Shown here: piece by piece, positions 8,819-19,180 of the stretch | Position numbering within the stretch: position 1 is the stretch's first letter | Layout of the letters: each line of letters opens with the position of its first letter | NCBI GenBank assembly: GCA_947447005.1 | Contig: CANFHO010000001.1 | Location: 1 to 62,645, forward strand | DNA length: 62,645 nt | Source of the DNA: Chitinophagaceae bacterium | Lineage (GTDB): Bacteria > Bacteroidota > Bacteroidia > Chitinophagales > Chitinophagaceae | Reading direction: 5' to 3' | Translations under genes and position numbers: made by a program | Notes under the pieces: generated by a model | The model's database searches: none | Told to the model about the DNA's origin: nothing | Seen by the model: only the letters and a program-made list of their open reading frames with translations

Positions 8819-11800
8819 TTATTTTTTTTCTGCTATTTGTTTTTCCATTGGGTGTTGAATCAGTAGTTCTTCAGGCGTATAAAAGTCGACTTTTGTTTTT
8901 ATGGCTTCCCTAATATTTTTTACCTTTTCTGGAGATACAGGTGTTCCCTTGTTGCCAAATGCATTTCTGATATATGTAAGAACGGCAGCCACTTCATCAT
9001 CCTTGAGCATTCCGCCAAATGGTGTCATTGGAACCTGTCCAGGGTAGGAGTGTCCTTTCACATCAATTGGGCCATACATGCCTTTCAACACCAGCTTTAT
9101 CAATCGGTCAGGGCTTCCTAAAACCCATTCAGAGCCATTTAATGGTGGGAATCCAGCCGCTTCCAATCCTTTGCCATCAGCTTGGTGACAGGTATTGCAA
9201 TATCCATCTCGCAAATAAATTGCCTTTCCATTTTCGATGACATCAGGTTTTATGGTTGTTGAAAGTGGATTTTTATTTTTTGAAGGTTTTTTTACAACAC
9301 CATGACCATTCAAATGAGCTACTGCAGTTGTGTATGCATCTTGCATCCATTTGTCTATTGGCTTTTTGGCAGCTTCCAATTCAATAGGCAATCCAATTTC
9401 TTTAGGTAGCCATGATGCGGAGACAACTGCCTCTAACCTTACTCTTCCATGAGGATCTTTTGCAGCACCCATGAGCAATGCCGCTTTGTCTTTCAATTCA
9501 TTTCCAGAAAAACGAACCACTTCTACTGCTGCAGCTCTGATATGATAATCCTTGGCTTTTAATAATTGCCTAAGTAAATTTTGATCAACTTTATTTTGAC
9601 CCCAACTTACCCAAAGTCCTTCTAACAATAATTTTTCATAATCGCTAGAAGATTTGTCGAGGTGTTGGATCCAATTTTGCAATTCAGGTATTACCTCTTC
9701 TGTGCTATGGGATCTGAGTTCTCTCCTTGTGCGATAGCGGGTTCTATATTCAGGTAGTTTGAGGTTTTCCAGCAACTCTTGTACACTTGCACCAAAAATC
9801 TTTGCTGGAGTAACCAACGGTCTTGAGGGATACGTTATGCGATAAATTCTTCCGTGGGTATGGTCCCGCAATGGATCCCTAATATTATGTTGCATATGTC
9901 CAATCAGTACATTGTGCCAATCAGCAATATACAAAGAACCATCAGGGGCAAATTCAAGATCTACAGGGCGGAAGTTGATGTCTGATGAAGTTACCAAGTC
10001 TTGCCTGTGTCTGCTTTTATACCCCGTGGAGCTATCCGTTATCATATGTTGCTTAGTTCCAAGAAAACCAATGGTATTGTTGATCAGCATATCTCCTTGC
10101 ACACTGTCAGGGAAATGTCGGCTTGAAATAAATTCCAATCCAGAAGTAGGTCTTACACGATGCTTTTCTTCAATCAGGCTTTTTGATTTAGGAGTGAATT
10201 CTCCATATCTTGGCTTGACCGTTCCAGGCATCATCCAGGCTACATCCGGGCCGGAAGTTTCAGCATAGAATACCTGACCCCACTCATCAAATGCTATTCC
10301 CCAAGGGTTTGGAATGGATAGTTGTGCAATTCGATCCAGTTTTTTCTTTTTTGGATCGTACCTAAAAAAGCCACCATTGGTACCTCGCACAGGACCATAC
10401 GATGTTTCAATATCATTTGCCAGAAAAACACCTTGTCCCATGTAAATCGAACCTGATGCGTCTGTTGTATATGCATGATGTGCATGATGTGTATCATGGT
10501 CATCAAAACCGCTCAATAGAATTTCACGCGTATCAGCTTTGTCATCCCCATTTGTATCTTTCAATAGCATGAAATTTGTTCCCTGAGAAAGATAAACACC
10601 TTCTGGTGCCAGTTCAAAACCTAAAGGAAGTTGAAGTCCGTCTGCAAATGTTGTTTGTTTATCTGCCTTGCCATCATGGTCTGTATCTTCAAGAATAATG
10701 AGTTTATCGTTGGGTTTAGGATCACCTGGTTTCCAGTGTGGATATGTAGGCATCACGGCTACCCAGAGTCTTCCTTTGTTATCAAAAGAAATCTGAACAG
10801 GTTTTGCAAGATCTGGGAATTCTTGTTCTGAGGCGAAGAGGTCTATTTTATAACCAGGTGCCATGGTGAATTTATCCAATGCTTCTTTGCCATAGAGATA
10901 ACCTGATTGTTTGTTTTTTTCAGAAGGGGTGTAATTGGTTTTTACTGCAGGCAAAGTGCTGGTTCTTCCATCTGCTTCTGCCAGGTTCATTTTAATCCCC
11001 TTGGCGGCTTCCCAAATGGCTGTATCTCTTATCAAGGTCATTTCCCTGATTTTTTTCAATTCTGCCGGATAATTATCTGGCCCAAAGGGATCATATCTTC
11101 TTCCAAAAACATGCACTCCATTTGGAATTTTAAAATCATTGTGCCACATCCAATTTCTTTCTTGCACAGCAGCATGTACCAATCCCCTGAAGGATTCATT
11201 TTTGACAGGATTTGATTCAAATATTTCATTGGCAAGCAGCAAAGAAAATTTTGAATATCCTTCGTCTGTAAGTTGAGATCCATCAATGGTAAGATCGGTG
11301 TTTGGGTCATCCAACCAGATTTTACTAGGATTGAATGCATCTACAAAAAGGATATTGTTTTTTGCAGCAATATCTTTCATCGCATTGGCATAGAGCATTA
11401 AGTTTTTATTTTCTATCATGCCATTCGGTAGATCATATTTTTTTGAGAGGTCTTCAAATGCAATAGGGGAGACCAATACCAGTTCAGGTGTACTAACACC
11501 ATTGTATTTTTTTTTCAAGGTATGTTTGATGAAAGCATCAAGTTCTGACTTGTAGTTTTCGAGACCAGATAAGCCTTGAAAAGATTCATTGTAACCAAAA
11601 AAAGCAATGATGACATCTGCCTTGTGATTTGTGTTCCATTGATCAGGGTATTCAAAAAAACCTTCCGTTTGTCCACTCGTTGCTAATTCTGTCTGAAATT
11701 TCTCAGCACCAGGGAATGCCCAGGGTGTAATTCTTCCTGAGTGTGGCCTGAATCCTGGGGTATTTCCTCCATCGCACATATTTCTGAAATATAGCAAGCT

Positions 11801-11995
11801 ATCGGGGAAACGAAGTTGCATCTCGGTTTCAAAATGATCGAAATTGAGCATCCTGGAACCGAGATTATTTCCGATCAAAACAATATGCATTCCTTTTTTT
11901 ACACTTATCTTATTTGATTTGGGCAATGTCAGGGATAGTGCACCAATCATGAGTAATCCGGTGAGTGCAAAGAGGAGTATGTTTTTAGTTCTCAA
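8819..11995 (-). CDS. PVC-type membrane-bound dehydrogenase-like protein: SGNH-like domain + sorbosone-DH-like propeller + HEAT repeats + cytochrome c
   Basis: TTG start; motifs LFASEQEFPDLAKP, FDNKGRLWV, GFDDHDTHH, NPWG, FRPVDLEFAPDGSLYIADW, HGRIYRI; heme motif CNTCH with distal PMTPF. Confidence 0.85.
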   Translation of the reverse strand: MRTKNILLFALTGLLMIGALSLTLPKSNKISVKKGMHIVLIGNNLGSRMLNFDHFETEMQLRFPDSLLYFRNMCDGGNTPGFRPHSGRITPWAFPGAEKFQTELATSGQTEGFFEYPDQWNTNHKADVIIAFFGYNESFQGLSGLENYKSELDAFIKHTLKKKYNGVSTPELVLVSPIAFEDLSKKYDLPNGMIENKNLMLYANAMKDIAAKNNILFVDAFNPSKIWLDDPNTDLTIDGSQLTDEGYSKFSLLLANEIFESNPVKNESFRGLVHAAVQERNWMWHNDFKIPNGVHVFGRRYDPFGPDNYPAELKKIREMTLIRDTAIWEAAKGIKMNLAEADGRTSTLPAVKTNYTPSEKNKQSGYLYGKEALDKFTMAPGYKIDLFASEQEFPDLAKPVQISFDNKGRLWVAVMPTYPHWKPGDPKPNDKLIILEDTDHDGKADKQTTFADGLQLPLGFELAPEGVYLSQGTNFMLLKDTNGDDKADTREILLSGFDDHDTHHAHHAYTTDASGSIYMGQGVFLANDIETSYGPVRGTNGGFFRYDPKKKKLDRIAQLSIPNPWGIAFDEWGQVFYAETSGPDVAWMMPGTVKPRYGEFTPKSKSLIEEKHRVRPTSGLEFISSRHFPDSVQGDMLINNTIGFLGTKQHMITDSSTGYKSRHRQDLVTSSDINFRPVDLEFAPDGSLYIADWHNVLIGHMQHNIRDPLRDHTHGRIYRITYPSRPLVTPAKIFGASVQELLENLKLPEYRTRYRTRRELRSHSTEEVIPELQNWIQHLDKSSSDYEKLLLEGLWVSWGQNKVDQNLLRQLLKAKDYHIRAAAVEVVRFSGNELKDKAALLMGAAKDPHGRVRLEAVVSASWLPKEIGLPIELEAAKKPIDKWMQDAYTTAVAHLNGHGVVKKPSKNKNPLSTTIKPDVIENGKAIYLRDGYCNTCHQADGKGLEAAGFPPLNGSEWVLGSPDRLIKLVLKGMYGPIDVKGHSYPGQVPMTPFGGMLKDDEVAAVLTYIRNAFGNKGTPVSPEKVKNIREAIKTKVDFYTPEELLIQHPMEKQIAEKK

Positions 11996-12027
11996 TTAAA
12001 TTTTTTTAGAAGTTGTAATTGATAAAA

Positions 12028-13242
12028 TCAAATATTCAAATCTGGATTAGCGGGACCAAAATGCTTTAGAATAACAATCGGATCATTTGCAGATGCATTG
12101 GTGATTGTGACGCCTTCTTTAGCCGCTTGTTCGCTAATGAAAAACTCATCATTGGTAAGTTGACCATATCTGATGAGCGCTGGTGTTTCAATATCCCATA
12201 CGCCCATTTTACCATGACCTTGCATGACGATAATTCCATAGGCCGCACTATCTGTTATGGTAACTGTTTTGCCTGGCATGATGGTCAGTTCTTTTGCACT
12301 AAATGCATCAGATTTATAGCAAATCCAGTTCTCAACATATCCTTGTGATTGCATTTGATCAAGATTCCTTACCGGAACGGGTGGCATAAATCTGTTTGCC
12401 ATCATATTTGGATCTACATTCAGATCCCAATCCAATACTTCCATCAAAGAATCGAAATCGCCTATACTTTCTTTTGGAGATCCATTCCAAAGCAGTTCTT
12501 CTGGAATGATAGCTTCATTTACCAATGACTGGTACATGGCAAATACGTCTGAAGCTTTTTGAGGTTCGTAGGTACACATGCTACCTGGGGCATGGAGCAA
12601 TCCGGGAGGTACGTCCCATCCGGTTCCTGGCTCAAGTTTGTATGCTTGTGAATAGTTTGTGATCTTGTTATCTCCCTTTGTGAAATTGACCAAACATTCA
12701 CGTATGGTTTCTTTGGGTGTTCCAGGTGCAATGCCAATGAACGTGTATGGGAAGTCGCCGCCGTGGTTATTTAATTGTGGAGGGAAATAATACGCTTCAG
12801 GTTTTCCTTTTTGACCAATCAAAGCTGCCTTTTCATCATTGTGGTGAACGTGATGGGGAAGGGGGCCCATATTGTCAAAAAACTTAGAGTACATAGGCCA
12901 GCTTTGATATTCATTCCATAACCTGTCTCCAATGATGGCTCCTTTAAGTTCATCTATTGCATCTTTCAGTAAAATTTGTTTTTCAGTTGTACCATCGTTG
13001 AATACAACTTTGCTTAGTCCTTCATGTTCACCTGTGAGTGGTCCGTTTTTGGCAGGAGTTGTAGAGGATAACCATCTTTCATCAATTCCTCCACGTTCTC
13101 CACCAAGAACATAGTAGTCATCAGGATGCAATTTGATTCTTCTTCCTGGCACACAAAATGATCTGGGAACCCAAGTAGGAGCCAATCTCAATATTCCTTT
13201 TCCTTGTTCGAATGCCTGTTGGGCTAAGCTTTGTTTTTCCAT
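12028..13242 (-). CDS. Mannose-6-phosphate-isomerase-like (type I PMI) cupin protein
   Basis: Motifs KFFDNMGPLPHHVH, GKPEAYYF, VPPGLLHAPG, YEPQKASD, matching the PMI zinc-site pattern. Confidence 0.7.
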   Translation of the reverse strand: MEKQSLAQQAFEQGKGILRLAPTWVPRSFCVPGRRIKLHPDDYYVLGGERGGIDERWLSSTTPAKNGPLTGEHEGLSKVVFNDGTTEKQILLKDAIDELKGAIIGDRLWNEYQSWPMYSKFFDNMGPLPHHVHHNDEKAALIGQKGKPEAYYFPPQLNNHGGDFPYTFIGIAPGTPKETIRECLVNFTKGDNKITNYSQAYKLEPGTGWDVPPGLLHAPGSMCTYEPQKASDVFAMYQSLVNEAIIPEELLWNGSPKESIGDFDSLMEVLDWDLNVDPNMMANRFMPPVPVRNLDQMQSQGYVENWICYKSDAFSAKELTIMPGKTVTITDSAAYGIIVMQGHGKMGVWDIETPALIRYGQLTNDEFFISEQAAKEGVTITNASANDPIVILKHFGPANPDLNI

Positions 13243-13266
13243 TTGGCTTTTTTTGTTATTATATTT

Positions 13267-14304
13267 TTACAATTCGTTGATAAGTGATTTGATATTCATT
13301 TCATTGTCTAGCAATTCAAATGTGAGGTTGTATTCCTTTTTTTCACCTGGGGAAATGAATATCAATTTGTTTTCTGCTCTTGCTTTGGCTTGACCAATGG
13401 GAGGATTTGTTCCAGGTTCCAATCCACATACATATTCACCTTTTGACCAATGTTGCCAATTGGTGGTATAGGGAAGTTGATCTTTTTTGTATTTCAATAC
13501 AAGTGCAATGCCAATATCTTCATTGTAAATACCAGAAAGACAGTTACCATGGATATCAGATGCTGTATTTACGAAAATTGCATCTTCCCCAGAGCCATTA
13601 TGAGATTCTAAGGTGCCAGGACAAGATTGAATAGGATTGTTTTCCGATAAGTCTGGCTTTTTACCTTTCAAGAGAATCTTTGCGCCTTCATCAACAAGTG
13701 GCCATCCGAGGTTACAATGATAAAGGAGCATATGCGGGGCAGATTGATTGCCCCGGTTGATTATTTCATCATGAATATGAATAGATGATTTGCCCAATAT
13801 TGCAGAAATAGTGCGTCTCAATTCAAGACTTGGTCCGAATATTTGAGTTTGTTTGATAACACCTGTAATACTCATTTCATATTTCCCTGATGATGGATCA
13901 GGTTGAATGATGGATTCTATTTCTGCTGGAATATTGCTTACCAGGCCATGTAATCCTCGTTCTCCGTATTCATCTTTTTCAGGTCCGCCTACATGCGAAA
14001 GTCCGCATGTAGTCATCAATCCACCTCCGAAGGTTCTTAACCATTCTATACCTGCATGTGAAAAAGGCTGTGGAGGTGTGATGCCAGGATGATTTAGCCA
14101 GGCCAAACCAAATTGGTTGTAAAACGCATCGGCAATATCCATAGCCCTGTCAATGACTACTTTGAATCTCAAGCCGGAGCCTGTATTGAACCATGCAATC
14201 CGAACTCCACGTCCTGTGCCATTATCCAATACGGATGTTTCAATGCCTCCCACTTGGGAGACATTGGAAAGTTTATCGCTCCATATAGGTTTCAAATGCT
14301 TCAT
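13267..14304 (-). CDS. DUF4432 / aldose 1-epimerase-like protein
   Basis: Motifs DRAMDIADA, FGGGLMTTCGL, GLHG, MLLYHCNLGWPL, YVCGLEPGT. Confidence 0.85.
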   Translation of the reverse strand: MKHLKPIWSDKLSNVSQVGGIETSVLDNGTGRGVRIAWFNTGSGLRFKVVIDRAMDIADAFYNQFGLAWLNHPGITPPQPFSHAGIEWLRTFGGGLMTTCGLSHVGGPEKDEYGERGLHGLVSNIPAEIESIIQPDPSSGKYEMSITGVIKQTQIFGPSLELRRTISAILGKSSIHIHDEIINRGNQSAPHMLLYHCNLGWPLVDEGAKILLKGKKPDLSENNPIQSCPGTLESHNGSGEDAIFVNTASDIHGNCLSGIYNEDIGIALVLKYKKDQLPYTTNWQHWSKGEYVCGLEPGTNPPIGQAKARAENKLIFISPGEKKEYNLTFELLDNEMNIKSLINEL

Positions 14305-14332
14305 GGCATGGCTATTTTTTAAGAATCAATTG

Positions 14333-17017
14333 TTATTGTTTCTTAAAAGCTTCGTTGTTGCTATTTCCTCCAGATTTCAAGTAAGCCATCAGGTCTTTCA
14401 ATTCCTCTGGATTCAAACCATTGATCATACCAGGAAGCATTGGGGAGATTTCAGAAACTCGGGTTCTTGAAACATCTTTTTTGAGTACTTCTCTAACCAA
14501 TTGTGGCGAAAATGGATTTTGAGAAATATAATATTTGAGGTTGTCCTGGCGTAGTACCCTACCCAATATAGATCCACCTGATTTCAAATAAAATACGGTT
14601 GATCCAAATTGATCTGAAATGGTTTTACTAGGGGATATGATTGCTTCCAGGATATCTTTGTTTGAGAAACGTGTTCCCAATTGTGAGAGATCTGGACCTG
14701 CAACACCGCCTTCTCCTTGAATTTGGTGGCAACTTTTACACAATGAAGCAGCAAACATGGCTTTACCTGTTTCAAAACTGCGGTTTACCAATCCACTATC
14801 GATCATTTTTGCTGCATCATTCAGTTGCCAGTTTCTACCAGGCCCTTTAGGTCTGATCGATCCTGCGTCCAATCCAAGTCTGGAAAGTTTTACGATTGAA
14901 TCACCAGACATTTTATTGTACATGTCAAAGTTTTCTTTAGACACATTTGCAAGTGAATTTGTTCTTGCTTTATCAATGAATCCAACAAAGCTAACACCGC
15001 CTTTATAGCTAAATGCTTTATAATACCATTGGAAATATTGTTTTTGCAAATCGGGTGTCCAACCTGTTTTTGCCTGGCTCAATACATTTGCATACCAGGT
15101 TTGGTTCATGGGTGGAATTTTTGCAAGCATACCCGCAATATCCATTCCGTATTGTGGATTACGAAGAATGAGGTCTGATGATTGAGAAATGGTTTTTTGT
15201 GATCCGTTGTCATCTTTGGCAGTTGCCAGCAATGCCATGGTTTTTTCAACTGAGTTCGGTGCTTCAACGTAAACAAGAATTTTACTCAATTCCTTATTCA
15301 AATTGATCGTATTTGCCGGGAAGTAAGCATTTAACATGGTAGCAACAACGCTTTTATCTGCTGCGTCTGGAGCACCCATGCGCGCAAAAACAAGTTCAAC
15401 TGCTCTTAAAAAGTCCAATTGTTGTCCTTCGGTAAGGGTTCCAAATTTTACTTTTGATAATGCAGATAGTAAAGGTTTTTTTGAAGTTGAATCTCCTCTT
15501 CTTGCCAATGCCACAGCGGCTTGTGTAAGAATAACAGGATCTTTTTCATTCAATGCCTTTTCTTTCCATTGTGCAACAGGCTGGTTTTCTACTGCGATTC
15601 TGGCTGCATATCGTATGAAACGATCATTGTCTTTTAAATATGGCCATGCAACTTCAACAGCTTCTGCTTTTTGTGTGCCATGAAATTCTTCCAGTTTTCT
15701 TCTCGTTTTTTGAGCTTCTGTTACTTCAGGAACAGGAAGTTTTTCTGTATTGCTTTTGTTGTCGCCATAATAAACCCTGTATAAGTCAGATTCAAGTCTT
15801 CTTCCGCCTGTGAGAAAATAAAGTGCGCCATCAGGGCCTACAACACCATCTGTCAATGGCAAAGGTGATCCGGAGATGAATTCTTCGCCAGTAGCATCAT
15901 ATGAAGCACCATTGGGCTTTGTATGAACAGCATAAATAATACCAAAGCTCCAGTCGAATGCAAATAGTGCATTGCGGTATTTTTCAGGGAAGTGTGCATT
16001 TCCTCCATATACCAGGTTGGTAGGTGAACCCTGACCTACATTGATAATGGCAGGCAGGTTGTCTGTATAATTTGGCGACCACTTATCTGTTCCTGGGCGC
16101 CATCCGAATTCACCACCGCTGGTTACATGACAAATTCTTGTAGGTCTGTACCAAGGGGTACCAAAATCCCATTCCATATCTGAATCGTAGGTGAACATAT
16201 CACCTGCGCTGTTGAATGCTATATCAAATGGATTGCGGAAGCCAGAAGCAATGAGGTCCCATTTTGCACCTGATGAATCAACATGTGCAATCCAGCCACC
16301 ATGATGTTGAACAGTATTATCATGTCCATTAGGATCTTTGATTAAAGGGAAGAGGTTATCTATTTTTGCATCAGGAATATTGTGGTAAGAATCCATTTTG
16401 GGAATCTTGGTGAAATTTCCTGCTACTACAAAAATCGATTTCTTATCTGGGGCCATTACAATACTGTGTGGACCATGTTCTCCTTCGCCCTCTAATAATT
16501 TAATAAGTGTGATTTTATCAAATTGATCATCGCCATTGGTATCCTGAAGTCTGTAAAGACCACTTGATTTTTTAAATTCTTTATTTGAATTGTGATTTAT
16601 CATCACATATAAACTATTGAATGCATAGAGCAATCCATGGGCATATCCCATTGAGATTTTCTTTTTAGAAGTATCCGCGGCGAGACTTGGATCTGGAATT
16701 TCCAGTTTTTCTACCATTGTTTTGGTTATGGTATCTCCAACTGCAGGTACTTTTAATCTGTATAATCCTCCATATTGGTCGGATGCAATGATGCGCCCTT
16801 TGTTGTCAAAAGTCATGGAAACCCAAGATCCCTCTCCATTTTCTGAAGGACCATACAGGTGATCAGCATGAAACCCTGCAGGTAATTTGAGATTTGCTAT
16901 TTTGGGATCTGAGGGGATTTGTAAAACCTCCTCCTGGCTTGTATTAAAAGCGAATCCGATTCCGAACAATACGAAAATAGAAAGAAAAAAAAGTACAGGT
17001 TTAAATTGCTTTTTCAT
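14333..17017 (-). CDS. PVC-type putative heme-binding (CxxCH) propeller/HEAT/cytochrome c protein
   Basis: Signal peptide from MKKQF (17017; the ORF extends to 17044); motifs GEHGPH, GFRNPFD, DSDMEWD, GPDGALYF, CKSCH, GPDLS, SPMLPG. Confidence 0.85.
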   Translation of the reverse strand: MKKQFKPVLFFLSIFVLFGIGFAFNTSQEEVLQIPSDPKIANLKLPAGFHADHLYGPSENGEGSWVSMTFDNKGRIIASDQYGGLYRLKVPAVGDTITKTMVEKLEIPDPSLAADTSKKKISMGYAHGLLYAFNSLYVMINHNSNKEFKKSSGLYRLQDTNGDDQFDKITLIKLLEGEGEHGPHSIVMAPDKKSIFVVAGNFTKIPKMDSYHNIPDAKIDNLFPLIKDPNGHDNTVQHHGGWIAHVDSSGAKWDLIASGFRNPFDIAFNSAGDMFTYDSDMEWDFGTPWYRPTRICHVTSGGEFGWRPGTDKWSPNYTDNLPAIINVGQGSPTNLVYGGNAHFPEKYRNALFAFDWSFGIIYAVHTKPNGASYDATGEEFISGSPLPLTDGVVGPDGALYFLTGGRRLESDLYRVYYGDNKSNTEKLPVPEVTEAQKTRRKLEEFHGTQKAEAVEVAWPYLKDNDRFIRYAARIAVENQPVAQWKEKALNEKDPVILTQAAVALARRGDSTSKKPLLSALSKVKFGTLTEGQQLDFLRAVELVFARMGAPDAADKSVVATMLNAYFPANTINLNKELSKILVYVEAPNSVEKTMALLATAKDDNGSQKTISQSSDLILRNPQYGMDIAGMLAKIPPMNQTWYANVLSQAKTGWTPDLQKQYFQWYYKAFSYKGGVSFVGFIDKARTNSLANVSKENFDMYNKMSGDSIVKLSRLGLDAGSIRPKGPGRNWQLNDAAKMIDSGLVNRSFETGKAMFAASLCKSCHQIQGEGGVAGPDLSQLGTRFSNKDILEAIISPSKTISDQFGSTVFYLKSGGSILGRVLRQDNLKYYISQNPFSPQLVREVLKKDVSRTRVSEISPMLPGMINGLNPEELKDLMAYLKSGGNSNNEAFKKQ

Positions 17018-17040
17018 TTGGCAGTTGTTTTCAGTTTCTG

Positions 17041-17068
17041 ACATACTGCCAACTTGTTTGCAGTATGT
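17041..17068. promoter_or_regulatory. Candidate operator (inverted repeat) upstream of the sugar-redox operon
   Basis: ACATACTGC-N10-GCAGTATGT perfect 9-bp inverted repeat, 24 nt upstream of the probable start codon. Confidence 0.4.
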
Positions 17069-17309
17069 TGTAATAAAATCTAATAATCAGGTATTGAATA
17101 TATGATATAATCGAGAAAAAACACATGGAAAATTCACCTAAAAATTTTAGTGATATCAAACTGATTCACTTTGTAGTTTAATTAGAATGGAAAACAGGTT
17201 ATTCAACATACTCAAATGGATATTTCTGAAGTTCTGACCAAAGGACTTCAATACATGTATTTTTCATACCTTTACCCCCAACCAAAAACGAATTCAGCAC
17301 ATGTTAGAA

Positions 17310-18287
17310 ATGAGTTCAAGGCAGTTTCTGGATTTCGAAAAGCCAATCAAAGACCTGTACGATCAAATCGAACAGCTCAAGCATACTGCAGAAAAGAATA
17401 AAATCGACCTGACGGATTCCATTCATCAGCTTGAGGATAAGATATTGGATAAGAAAAAAGAAATCAATCAACATTTGTCCAGCTGGCAAAAGGTTCAGTT
17501 GAGCCGTCATCCCGACAGGCCATATACCCTTTCTTATATTGAGCGTATATGCACAGATTTTATTGAGTTGCATGGCGACAGAAATTTCAAGGATGACAAG
17601 GCGATTGTGGGAGGTTTTGGAAAAATTGATGGTCAGACTGTGATGATTCTTGGTCAGCAAAAAGGATCGAATACCAAGACCCGTCAGTTGAGAAATTTTG
17701 GTATGGCCAATCCGGAGGGATATCGAAAGGCATTGAGATTGATGAAGTTGGCTGAAAAATTCAATAAACCAATCATCACATTGGTGGATACCCCAGGGGC
17801 ATTTCCTGGAATTGAAGCTGAGGAGCGTGGACAAGGGGAAGCCATTGCAAGAAATATTTTTGAAATGTTGAGGTTAAAGGTTCCCGTCATATGTATCATT
17901 ATTGGAGAGGGTGCCAGCGGTGGTGCAATGGGAATAGGTGTGGGCGATAGGGTATATATGATGGAGAATACATGGTACACTGTTATTTCTCCTGAGAGTT
18001 GCAGTTCTATTTTATGGCGTAGCTGGGATCACAAAGAGAAGGCCGCTGATGAATTGAAATTGACTTCAGAACATATGTTGGGATTTGGTTTGGTTGATGG
18101 TGTTATCCCTGAGCCATTGGGAGGAGCACATTGGGATTATGATGAGGCTGCAGAATTGTTGAAACAACAGGTTTTAAAGTCAATAGCAGAATTAAAACAA
18201 ATAGATCCTGAATTAAGGATTGATCAACGCATTGATAAGTTCTCAGAGATGGGACGTTGGGAAGAACAAATTCATACAGAAGCATAA
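17310..18287 (+). CDS. accA: Acetyl-CoA carboxylase carboxyltransferase alpha subunit
   Basis: Motifs [51 protein letters not shown]; alternative start at 17301. Confidence 0.97.
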   Translation: MSSRQFLDFEKPIKDLYDQIEQLKHTAEKNKIDLTDSIHQLEDKILDKKKEINQHLSSWQKVQLSRHPDRPYTLSYIERICTDFIELHGDRNFKDDKAIVGGFGKIDGQTVMILGQQKGSNTKTRQLRNFGMANPEGYRKALRLMKLAEKFNKPIITLVDTPGAFPGIEAEERGQGEAIARNIFEMLRLKVPVICIIIGEGASGGAMGIGVGDRVYMMENTWYTVISPESCSSILWRSWDHKEKAADELKLTSEHMLGFGLVDGVIPEPLGGAHWDYDEAAELLKQQVLKSIAELKQIDPELRIDQRIDKFSEMGRWEEQIHTEA

Positions 18288-18296
18288 TATAGGAAG

Positions 18297-19178
18297 ATGA
18301 ACAGACATGCATTTGCCGGAACAGGTGTGGCCATAGTTACCCCATTTTTAGATAATGGTGATTTGGACAAGCATTCTCTCGAGAAATTGGTTAATCATTT
18401 AATTGAAGGAAATGTAGATTACCTGGTGGTGTTGGGAACAACCGGAGAAAGTGCAACACTTTCAAAAGAAGAGAAGAAAGAAATTTTCTCTCTGGTAAAT
18501 CAATACGCAAATGGTAGAATAAAGTTGGTTGCGGGTATTGGAGGAAATGATACCAGGGCAGTCATCAATTCTTTTAATGAATATGATTTATCAGGGTATA
18601 GTGCCATTCTTTCTGTTAGTCCTTACTATAATAAGCCCAACAGTGAGGGTGTTTTTCAACATTATAAAGCCGTTAGTGAAGCATCTCCATTACCAGTAAT
18701 CATGTATAACGTTCCCGGTAGAACAGGGATGAATGTGAATGTTGCAACAACGCTTCGTATCGCCAGCGAATGCAAGAATATCATTGCAACCAAAGAAGCT
18801 TCTGGAAATGTTGAGCAGATTTTGCAAATCATCAAGGATAAGCCTGAAGGTTTTGAGGTAATCAGCGGCGATGATGGAATAACATTGCCTTTGATTGCAT
18901 GTGGTGCCATTGGTGTTATATCTGTAATTGCCAATGCCTATCCAAAGCAATGTTCAGACATGGTTAACTTTTGTCTGGATGGAAATTTTGCTGCTGCAAG
19001 GCCTTTACATGAAACCATGCTTCCTATTGTACATTCATTATTCGCAGAAGGAAGTCCTTCTGGCGTAAAAGTATATCTTAAAGAGTTGGGGGTAACAAAA
19101 GAAACATTCAGGTTGCCTGTGGTTTCTGTAAGTTCAGAACTAAAGAATAAGATCAAAGACTTGATGAAAACGATTTGA
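18297..19178 (+). CDS. dapA: 4-hydroxy-tetrahydrodipicolinate synthase
   Basis: Motifs AIVTPF, GTTGES, PYYNKP, YNVPGRT, KEASG, SGDD. Confidence 0.96.
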   Translation: MNRHAFAGTGVAIVTPFLDNGDLDKHSLEKLVNHLIEGNVDYLVVLGTTGESATLSKEEKKEIFSLVNQYANGRIKLVAGIGGNDTRAVINSFNEYDLSGYSAILSVSPYYNKPNSEGVFQHYKAVSEASPLPVIMYNVPGRTGMNVNVATTLRIASECKNIIATKEASGNVEQILQIIKDKPEGFEVISGDDGITLPLIACGAIGVISVIANAYPKQCSDMVNFCLDGNFAAARPLHETMLPIVHSLFAEGSPSGVKVYLKELGVTKETFRLPVVSVSSELKNKIKDLMKTI

Positions 19179-19180
19179 TC

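Noticed and set aside
830-17017. Canonical polysaccharide utilisation locus
   Set aside because: No SusC/SusD pair or HTCS/ECF regulator in or beside the cluster.
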